DNA from: an uncultured Candidatus Saccharibacteria bacterium
Lineage (GTDB): Bacteria; Patescibacteriota; Saccharimonadia; Saccharimonadales; Saccharimonadaceae
NCBI GenBank assembly: GCA_963526965.1
Contig: CAURPS010000003.1
Location: 56,303-120,302, forward strand
Length of the DNA: 64,000 nt
Direction of reading: 5' to 3'
Positions 57,801-64,000 of the stretch are shown here, one piece after another (position 1 is the stretch's first letter; each line of letters opens with the position of its first letter). Under the pieces are notes generated by a model. The model was not told the DNA's origin, did no database searches, and saw only the letters and a list, made by a program, of their open reading frames with translations. Made by a program: the position numbers and the translations under genes.

Positions 57801-57910
57801 TCATCAGCATAAGCCTTTTGGTCTATAAACACACTAGAACTAAGTACAAGAATAATAGCTAATGGAAAGAGTGAAAAGCGCTTTAGCTTAGATACAAGAG
57901 AGTTTGTCAT
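54875..57910 (-). CDS. 1011-aa polytopic protein, VirB6/TrbL-like T4SS channel component with a large Cys-containing ectodomain
   Basis: Signal peptide, a roughly 400-aa extracytoplasmic domain, about 7 TM segments (aa ~430-690), and a roughly 320-aa hydrophilic C-terminus. The assignment rests on topology and context. Confidence 0.55.
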   Translation of the reverse strand: MTNSLVSKLKRFSLFPLAIILVLSSSVFIDQKAYADDHDEKIRKWALFEAQDGESGTSHAGCFDGIDSIDFRDVKTNGLGGNGFSKERFVLGKKMSCAAIYEEGILKWGFSGAEDFLTAAGYKKNNSNRTWEATKGRQGPVNAAIRSKLKINDNNIEEYLKPGEIYTYYYKDFVSTCSVKDEKNRSELNSSQITLADKAEDGYISYSRIGKDGNSDIVQQVIAKYKAPDITVTAGNHSKTEEDKKFCIDKSKRVTAQASKAIDNAKKNASAKAVDDSLASALSSLKNKACAADQSKCNDNGWEKSVAVCIANATKSYVTEAVVTRGKSSKEKDINTYKKEYISKCMHEKWPNLTEKEIKDILNGVDTKKAADAAKAGDIDIGGGEGAHDTPEDGEEESKSRCAIDGVGWVVCPVVNFLADISDDSAGILAKLLEVNSFILTNRGPDSAFHYWSRIRDIANIVFVIVFLIIIYSQVSGLGISNYGIKKLLPKLLMTIVLVNISFYICSILVDISNIVGSSSFNFISSLGGGGSGPEGGWATKGNALGGIAAAVLAGTVGFFALGALISGLIFIAVTATVTVFLLGARHALVIFTIILSPLAFVALLLPSTEGLFKKWWGFFKTLLFLYPAVGLLYGACNLGATVINGMKGESEVLLQIIAAALTFTPLLLVSRLTSLMTSMMGLANIADKWGQMAGNAVGKKSQKMLNESKWGKYMDYRDQVKAERRAQIQAGTYKGTKNPTTWGRAARSWVSGKANRVIEVGANKFNNEAAKRMIEDLGKEASWQEEKRYDESIKKAKTMYESDVSFIDSGTGKETRLGNGQFVDMARGLVKPNIKPTDSAGNVITSIPLPQTTSERRYVLDRAGRSANAQQFVQLAELANSLESEGERLALASALSASSGAKKHGWFDGGAYNDIKDGNFDLQQSIVRSINKEKFGKPEEIANMDQASTKIINDALAQPGPRVGAQELKQAQQRLQESARLALKDKQVKNEIRSRQSIKDTVDNWSRGKF

Positions 57911-58004
57911 ACACTACATATAATACACAAAAATAAGTAAGAAAACCAGCCAAATAACATAAGTAGTGTATGGTATTTGGCTGGCCTGGATGAAAGCTAG
58001 ATTT

Positions 58005-59129
58005 TTAGCCTTCTTTGATATCGTTGAGAGGCGCGGTAACCCTTGGTTTGATCGCGCGAGCTTTATAGTCGTTTTCGTTTGTTGGATAAAAATAAGATAC
58101 ACGGGGGAATGAATGTACTGTGTAGTGGTTTGTGTTTCGATCTTTTTCGGTTATCTGCCTTTGGGTCTCAAGAGCGACACGGTATGATTCTCCATTTTCG
58201 TTTTCTACCTCTTGTACTTCGCAATATGCTGCCGAATATACCTGGGGTTGATTGGTTTCTTTGCCGTCGTTGATCGGGAATGGGTCTTCGTATTCTGCCA
58301 TGATCGCACATTTCGTAACGCGGAGAGCAATGCGGTCTTCTTTTTCTGGTTTTTTGCCTTTCGTATGAGCTTCATAGGCGGCTTCAACAAGGCGGCCATA
58401 ATAACCGTGGGGTTTTGATTGATTTTTATCGCCGCCATCTTTACTTTCATCATTGGAATCTCTAACAATGTTAGAATGTGGGACGTCTATATAGTCTGCC
58501 AAACACCGCAGCACTGGCCATGCATCGACTTCTCTACCCTCTGCATTTGTGAATAAAGCATTTGACTGAGCATCATCACAGAGATCACGGAAAAGTCGAT
58601 CAACATTATCAAACCACGTAATTGCCAACTCTTTTGACTGGTCAGCACGTGATTCGGTAAGAATTGTCATGACCTCTGGTTTTAGGTTATTACCAAAGAG
58701 GGTTTTACACGCAAGCCCTTTGTCATAATCACTCATTGTTTTCCACTTTTCAGAGTCAAACTCACTAAGATTCGCGAAGTTATACGACCGGCGAGGTTCG
58801 GGCCGCTCATTGCTTGGTGCGCCAGGCTCCACAGGCTCTTGTGTAGGTGATGAAGTTTCTGTCGCTGTGGCAGATGGGGTTGCTTCTGGGCTCGAGCTTG
58901 GAGATTCTGATGGAGAGGGTGTTTCTAAAGCTGTATTATTGTTCTTGGCCGAACCACGACCAGCTAAGAACGCTATACTTGCTGCAGCAGCGGCACCAAC
59001 GCCAAGAACACCAAAGAAAGTTCGTCGGTCAACAACTCTTTCTCGTTCGCTATCTTCATGAGAGACTGTATTGCCTAACGCTTCAGGCTCGCTAGCGTTT
59101 GTCGGATAACCATTGTATTTGTCTGTCAT
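58005..59129 (-). CDS. secreted hypothetical protein with a twin-arginine-like signal, first gene of the T4SS-like operon
   Basis: VVDRRTFFGVLGVGAAAAASIAFLAG followed by an S/P/T/E-rich linker. I preferred the ATG at 59129 (GGGGAGGA 9 nt upstream) over the TTG at 59138 in the track. Confidence 0.55.
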   Translation of the reverse strand: MTDKYNGYPTNASEPEALGNTVSHEDSERERVVDRRTFFGVLGVGAAAAASIAFLAGRGSAKNNNTALETPSPSESPSSSPEATPSATATETSSPTQEPVEPGAPSNERPEPRRSYNFANLSEFDSEKWKTMSDYDKGLACKTLFGNNLKPEVMTILTESRADQSKELAITWFDNVDRLFRDLCDDAQSNALFTNAEGREVDAWPVLRCLADYIDVPHSNIVRDSNDESKDGGDKNQSKPHGYYGRLVEAAYEAHTKGKKPEKEDRIALRVTKCAIMAEYEDPFPINDGKETNQPQVYSAAYCEVQEVENENGESYRVALETQRQITEKDRNTNHYTVHSFPRVSYFYPTNENDYKARAIKPRVTAPLNDIKEG

Positions 59130-59525
59130 AAGCTTCAATCCTCCCCAATACAGGATTAGTGGTTATGTGTGCTATTATTATGCGCACTTGCGTTTCATGC
59201 TACCATTGTTTGCGCGGCAGGTCAAATATTTTTTGGCCTCTGTTGAGGAAAATGAATGACGAATACACACAGAGGTTAGTATAGAAATATATTCGAACGA
59301 TATTTTTTGGCAAAAATGGGAGATATTTTATACATATTGCATGATGGAGAAATATGATGGCTCGAATATAGGAAGTTAATCCTCATCTATGCAGATATGA
59401 TGGTACCCCGTCCCTATTATTGAAAAAATATAGCCACACAAATTAACAATATACCTAATAAATACTCTGATAAGCTACATAATTTACACGAATAAACCAC
59501 TATATATCCGAATCACTCATACATA

Positions 59526-59554
59526 TTGCCACCCTACCCTATATCCGCTATAAT
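59526..59554 (+). promoter_or_regulatory. sigma70-like promoter for tRNA-Ser
   Basis: TTGCCA (59526-59531), 17 nt, TATAAT (59549-59554). The tRNA starts 10 nt downstream. Confidence 0.55.
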
Positions 59555-59564
59555 ACAGAGGTAC

Positions 59565-59654
59565 GGAGAGGTGCAAGAGTGGTTGAATTGGCACGCCTGG
59601 AACGCGTGTGTGGCGGCAACGTCACCCAGGGTTCGAATCCCTGTCTCTCCGCCA
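59565..59654 (+). tRNA. tRNA-Ser (anticodon GGA), class II with long variable arm, CCA encoded
   Basis: Acceptor GGAGAGG/TCTCTCC, anticodon stem CACGC/GCGTG with loop CTGGAAC, variable arm GTGGCG-gcaa-CGTCAC, T arm CAGGG-TTCGAAT-CCCTG. Confidence 0.9.
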
Positions 59655-59792
59655 TATCAGCGCCAGGCGGCACGCTGCCATAGGAGTGCGCTGCTGATTC
59701 GTCTTTTGCATAATGCGTGGCCATAGATATGCACTTTTGGGCAGATTGGGCTTGCAGAAATGTTTTTTGACAGTTTATACTAAAGGATAATT

Positions 59793-61079
59793 ATGGTACG
59801 ATCTTCTACACCAGTTATAGAACTCCGAGGCCTCACCAAGCAGTATGGTCTGGGCGACGCTGCCCAAAACGCCTTGGACAACGTCGACCTGCGAGTCGAA
59901 AAAGGCGAATTTATTGTCATTATGGGCCCTAGTGGCTGTGGCAAGACGACATTGCTCAATATCATGGGCTTGCTCGACCGCGCCGACAGCGGCGAGTATT
60001 TTCTTGACGGGACATCGGTCGCGACGCTGAGCAAGCGTCAACACGCTCGGATTCGCTCGCGGCAGATTGGCATCGTCTTCCAGAGTTTTAACCTGATTAA
60101 TCGCCTAACGGTGCTGGAGAACGTTGCCCTTCCCTTGAGTTATCGTGGGGGGATGCGCCGCGTCAAGCGTCTGGAGCAGGCCAGTGCGGTGCTGAAGAAT
60201 TTCCACCTCCAAGAGCGCGAATATTACATGCCGTGGCAGCTCAGTGGTGGGCAGGTGCAGCGCGTGGCGATTGCTCGCGCCCTGGTAAATCACCCGTCGA
60301 TTATCCTGGCGGATGAGCCAACGGGTAACCTCGATAGCCGCTCGAGCCATATCATCATGGAAGAGCTGGCTCAGCTGCACCGCCGAGGCAATACTATCAT
60401 TATGGTGACACACAACCCGAACCTTACGAGCTACGCCAGTCGTGTGATTAAGATGCTTGATGGGCAGATTGCTAGTGATGAGCAGATGCGCACCACTGCT
60501 GCCGCGCCAACGCCAGTGGCTCGCAAGCCACGGGTGCGTCGGGCGGCGCCTGCTAGCAAGACTGCGCCGACGATTGCGCAGGGCACAGCATCGGCTGCTC
60601 AGCCAGCTGCACCCGTCAAGGCAATTGCCCGCGGTCGTCCCGCGAAGGCCGCCCCTGCACCAGCAACGACAGCACCAGCAGTAGTCGACTATGAAGATCC
60701 GCATACTCAAGATGGCCCAACCATTGAGCCTATGCCAGTTGCCCCACCAGAGGTGCCGCCAGCCTTGCCCACCGCCCAGCACGCTCCGTCGGTAGCGCAG
60801 CCTGCTCTGGCACACTCTGCTGCGCCGGCTCATACAACCTCAGTTACCCCGGCTCAGCCTACACCAGCTTTGCCAGTGCAATCTACCCCAGCTCAGCCTC
60901 AGCCAGCTGCACCGCAACCAACCAACCAACCTGCAGCACCAGTGGCTCATACTACAGCTCAGTCATCATCCACACCGTCTGCTGTATCGACCACTCAGCC
61001 AGCTGTGGCTACACCAGCCCAGCAGCCCACTCCATCATCATCTGCTCACCAATCTAGCACAAAGGAGCCCCAGGCATGA
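59793..61079 (+). CDS. MacB/LolD-type ABC transporter ATP-binding protein with a roughly 200-aa P/A/Q/T-rich C-terminal tail
   Basis: Walker A GPSGCGKTT, signature LSGGQVQRVAIARAL, Walker B ILADEPTGNLD. After about aa 225 the sequence is low complexity. Confidence 0.88.
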   Translation: MVRSSTPVIELRGLTKQYGLGDAAQNALDNVDLRVEKGEFIVIMGPSGCGKTTLLNIMGLLDRADSGEYFLDGTSVATLSKRQHARIRSRQIGIVFQSFNLINRLTVLENVALPLSYRGGMRRVKRLEQASAVLKNFHLQEREYYMPWQLSGGQVQRVAIARALVNHPSIILADEPTGNLDSRSSHIIMEELAQLHRRGNTIIMVTHNPNLTSYASRVIKMLDGQIASDEQMRTTAAAPTPVARKPRVRRAAPASKTAPTIAQGTASAAQPAAPVKAIARGRPAKAAPAPATTAPAVVDYEDPHTQDGPTIEPMPVAPPEVPPALPTAQHAPSVAQPALAHSAAPAHTTSVTPAQPTPALPVQSTPAQPQPAAPQPTNQPAAPVAHTTAQSSSTPSAVSTTQPAVATPAQQPTPSSSAHQSSTKEPQA

Positions 61080-62299
61080 TAATCATCGACCATTTCGAAA
61101 ATGCAAGCAGTAGCTTCCGGCGCAATCGCGGCCGTAATTTGCTGGCGACGCTGGGTGTGGCCATTGGCGTGGGTAGTATCGTGGCGATCTTGGCACTGAG
61201 CGGCGGCCTGCACAATATCATCTCCCAACAGGTGTCCGACCTCAATAATAACCTCATTGTGGTGCGCCCTGGTGTACAAGACAAGAGCTTCTCGTCGCTA
61301 GCGAGCTCGGTGGCACAGTATAATTACAATACTAGTACCATCACCGAGTCCGACGTCGAGGCAGTGCGCAAGATGCCACATATCCGTGCCGTAGCACCAA
61401 TGATGACCTCTGAGAACAAGCTCAAGAGCAACGACCGAGAAGCCACCACTACTGTTGTGGCAACTTCGCCAGACCTTGCTATCACGAGTCAGCTCGAGCT
61501 GCGTGAGGGCGACTTTCTCGAGGGTGGCACACACGACGCTAAGCCAGCGGTGCTTGGCCCAAAGCTATCGGTGCAGCTGTTTGGCACCGAGCAGTCGATT
61601 GGCCAGACCTTTAAGATCCGCGGCAAGGAATTTATTGTGGTGGGAGTGATGCGGGCTACAGAAAATCCGCTGAATTATAACAACGTCGATTTCGACAACG
61701 CAGCTATCATCACCACCGAGGCAGGTAAGAAGATCCACAGTGGTCATACACAGATTCAGCAGATCAACATCCAGGCCGATGCATCGCAGCAGGTCGGGCA
61801 GATTGCTCAGCAAGTTAAGGACAAGATTAAGCAAAATCACCAAGGGGAGGAAGACTTTACTGTGGCAACAGGCGATGCGATTAGCCAGCCAACCAACCGG
61901 CTCTTCACAGCGCTAACCCAGGTGTTGACGCTAATTGCGGCGATCTCGCTGGTGGTTGGCGGCATTGGCATCATGAATATCATGCTGGTGAGCGTGGTAG
62001 AGCGCACGCGCGAGGTGGGTATCCGCAAAGCGGTTGGTGCGACCGATGGCAATATCATTACCCAGTTTGTGATCGAGGCGCTGGCGATTAGCTTGCTTGG
62101 TGGCATCCTGGGCTACATCCTCGGCTACATAGTGGCGCTGAGCTTTAGCGTCTGGCTGTCTTTCCCGCCAGCACTGGAGTGGCAGACAGCAGTGATGGCA
62201 ATTGGCCTCGCACTAGCGGTTGGTCTCACCTTCGGTCTCTATCCAGCTATTCGTGCTGCGCGCAAGAACACGATCGAATCGCTACGGCAGTACCACTAA
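61076..62299 (+). CDS. MacB-like ABC transporter permease (FtsX domain plus extracytoplasmic domain)
   Basis: 407 aa. TM1, a large loop, then three C-terminal TMs with GIGIMNIMLVSVVERTREVGIRKAVGA. ATGA overlap with the ATPase gene. Confidence 0.85.
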   Translation: MIIIDHFENASSSFRRNRGRNLLATLGVAIGVGSIVAILALSGGLHNIISQQVSDLNNNLIVVRPGVQDKSFSSLASSVAQYNYNTSTITESDVEAVRKMPHIRAVAPMMTSENKLKSNDREATTTVVATSPDLAITSQLELREGDFLEGGTHDAKPAVLGPKLSVQLFGTEQSIGQTFKIRGKEFIVVGVMRATENPLNYNNVDFDNAAIITTEAGKKIHSGHTQIQQINIQADASQQVGQIAQQVKDKIKQNHQGEEDFTVATGDAISQPTNRLFTALTQVLTLIAAISLVVGGIGIMNIMLVSVVERTREVGIRKAVGATDGNIITQFVIEALAISLLGGILGYILGYIVALSFSVWLSFPPALEWQTAVMAIGLALAVGLTFGLYPAIRAARKNTIESLRQYH

Positions 62300-62318
62300 A
62301 CAAGGTTATTTTGGCACG

Positions 62319-62348
62319 AAACCTGCCTGGAATGTGGCGGGTTTTTTG
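62319..62348 (+). terminator. intrinsic terminator after the ABC permease gene
   Basis: AACCTGCC-tggaatgt-GGCGGGTT followed by TTTTTG. Confidence 0.6.
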
Positions 62349-62622
62349 TATGAGTTGTGGTATTTCTGGCCCGCCCTACCCTGCTCATTTACAGAGTAAG
62401 ATGATAGAATTTCTGCACATATTATTCCAGATTAATCGTCACCTGTAATGTTTGAGATGATGAGCGATTTCGTTGGTGAATTTATTGTAGCAGCTCGTTG
62501 TTTATGTAACATTTTGCGACAGCGAGCCACCGTACAAGATCATGACAAGGGCTCAAGAGTGAGAATAGAAAAAACAAAACACTACGATTCTCAAAAAACC
62601 AAAACACGTTAGGTTAGAATTT

Positions 62623-63636
62623 CTAAGACATGCCGCCCTTCCCCTGCTTCACGCCGTTCAACACGCCGAGGTAACAGCTGGCGAATTCTGCTAACATCAT
62701 GCCGTGCAGTACCTGCTCGATCTCTGTCTCGCCCGCAAGCAATATAGACTTTGCATGGGGTCTGCGGCCACTGAGGCGGCGATCGAGCGCTGCCATGCGC
62801 TGCTGGGTAGCGGCGTCATTCTCACTCGCGAGGTCGAAAAGCGCAAATGGTTTGTCTACAGGATGGCTTAGCCAGCCATGAGCGCCAGCCTGATCGGCCT
62901 CGGCAAGGGTGGTGGCGAATGCCACATTGTGCGCCCGCTCCTGCCAGCACCACTGCCACCACTGGGCGACTGGCGCGAGCGCCCCACTGCCGCAAAACAC
63001 CGCTGTCTTGCCCGCTGCCTGTTGCGCCAGCTGCTTGGCAAGGTTGTGAGCGGTCGGCACGGCAGCACCCCACTGCTGCGCTGCATTCGCTGTGCCATCT
63101 GCTATCGCTTCCACAAGATCATCATCCAGCAACTGATAGGCCGTCAGTAGCGCACTCAGTGTGCTGAGTATGCGTAGTGGTTCTACCTGCCCTTCTCTCT
63201 TCGCAACCGGCACGACGATAGCTGCAGGGTATGCTGTAGTGCACTCAACCACAGCAGCATCATGAGTGAGCAGAACAGTCGGAGTACTGTGCTGCTCTGT
63301 ATAAGACACCATGTTTTTTACCTGGTCAGGCAAGATGCCAGCCTCGATAATAATCACCAAGCTATGCGTGCTCACAAATGGTGGCACTGCTGCTGCATCG
63401 CAGCACAGTACAGGCACAGCCATATAATGCTGCACGAGCTGCTGAGCGACGCGAGCCAACACCGCACCACCATCCGTTGCTATAATCACAACATTACGAA
63501 TATCATGCTGGACTGATATATGCGAGAGTTGGCTAGTTACCTCTGTTGGTAGCGTCGTTTGTTTCCATAATGTTGCAACGTGATACAGAGTGGCTTCGGC
63601 ACCGCGTTGGCGCAATATGGTCTGGTCATCAAGCAT
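62623..63636 (-). CDS. SIS-domain sugar isomerase, bifunctional phosphoglucose/phosphomannose isomerase-like
   Basis: About 337 aa from MLDDQTILRQRG. Two SIS-like halves with a C-terminal region typical of PGI/PMI. AAGGAG lies 7 nt upstream of the ATG at 63636. Family call comes from overall resemblance only. Confidence 0.55.
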   Translation of the reverse strand: MLDDQTILRQRGAEATLYHVATLWKQTTLPTEVTSQLSHISVQHDIRNVVIIATDGGAVLARVAQQLVQHYMAVPVLCCDAAAVPPFVSTHSLVIIIEAGILPDQVKNMVSYTEQHSTPTVLLTHDAAVVECTTAYPAAIVVPVAKREGQVEPLRILSTLSALLTAYQLLDDDLVEAIADGTANAAQQWGAAVPTAHNLAKQLAQQAAGKTAVFCGSGALAPVAQWWQWCWQERAHNVAFATTLAEADQAGAHGWLSHPVDKPFALFDLASENDAATQQRMAALDRRLSGRRPHAKSILLAGETEIEQVLHGMMLAEFASCYLGVLNGVKQGKGGMS

Positions 63637-63726
63637 AATCGTCTCCTTCTGCTTGCAAGAGTATACCCTCCCATGATACATTAATTAGCAGAGAATCATA
63701 AGCATATTTGGAGACAGGTGGGAACC

Positions 63727-64000
63727 ATGAATATCAGCACTACATCACAATCAATTACCGACGATCAAGAGCTTGCCAAGGTGCTCGCTGGGATCGGCCC
63801 ACAGGTGGGCACAGCAGCCTCGCAGCGGTCGCAGGCGATGATGTCGGGGCAAGGTGCTGGCCGTTCGTCACTCTCGGGTATGTCGGGCAATATGGGCTCG
63901 TCCGTGCCAGTCATGTCGTCGCAGCAGCAGCCGTCGCAGCCTGCCCCCAGTGGTGAGGCGCTCAATGGCGTGAAGCAGTCGGCCATCAAAGAGCTGCGCC
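63727..64000 (+). CDS. hypothetical protein, 5' partial (runs off the window)
   Basis: The frame from ATG 63727 stays open to the window end (MNISTTSQSITDDQELAKVLAGIGPQVG...), S/Q/M-rich. Not in the ORF track because no stop is reached. Confidence 0.35.
   Translation, partial: MNISTTSQSITDDQELAKVLAGIGPQVGTAASQRSQAMMSGQGAGRSSLSGMSGNMGSSVPVMSSQQQPSQPAPSGEALNGVKQSAIKELR

Noticed and set aside
45072-59654. Interpretation of the T4SS-like block as an integrative conjugative element inserted at tRNA-Ser.
   Set aside because: The block lies on the 5' side of tRNA-Ser, whereas integration normally targets the 3' end. I saw no integrase, excisionase, relaxase or direct repeat of the tRNA in the window.
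60105-60833. 242-aa antisense ORF inside the ABC ATPase gene.
   Set aside because: The same artefact applies: it is antisense to a well-supported ABC ATPase and to its P/A-rich tail, and its translation is Arg/Trp/Cys-rich and not protein-like.
63708-63956. 82-aa ORF from the track at the window end.
   Set aside because: Its translation is Arg/Gly/Ala-rich and not protein-like. The overlapping frame starting at ATG 63727 stays open to the window end and is the more plausible gene, though still low confidence.

Overview
The window reads as a chromosomal origin region from a monoderm-style, reduced-genome bacterium. A Saccharibacteria/Patescibacteria-like or Actinobacteria-associated lineage is my inference only, with no marker checked. 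There are three blocks. (1) 1-1082: an AT-rich DUF4238 gene abuts the 3' end of tRNA-Asn. (2) 1152-38400: a roughly 37-kb cell-envelope glycan super-cluster. It holds glmS, galE, a full dTDP-rhamnose set rfbB-NUDIX-rfbC-rfbD plus rfbA, and a second rfbD paralogue. It also holds about 12 glycosyltransferases, a WbaP-like initiating transferase, Wzx-like and Wzy/ligase-like proteins, a Wzm/Wzt ABC exporter and GtrA. An orphan sucCD pair and a 9-repeat ChW surface protein are embedded in it. (3) 38667-45055: jag-yidC-rnpA-rpmH lies divergent from dnaA-dnaN-recF, with DnaA-box clusters on both sides of dnaA. Next comes a 14-kb minus-strand type IV secretion-like operon (45072-59129) encoding VirB4, PrgI/VirB3-like and VirB6/TrbL-like proteins and a set of peptidoglycan hydrolases. 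I see no relaxase, coupling protein or integrase there. After it come tRNA-Ser, a MacB-type ABC pair and a PGI/PMI-like isomerase. The points most worth a second look are the T4SS-like operon, a roughly 120-130 nt structured element present in two diverged copies (19943-20059 and 37068-37197), recurrent TATAAT-N6-7-ATG leaderless-type starts, sucCD inside a glycan operon, and the ChW protein. I found no CRISPR array, rRNA or transposase. All homology statements come from motif recognition by eye, not from searches.
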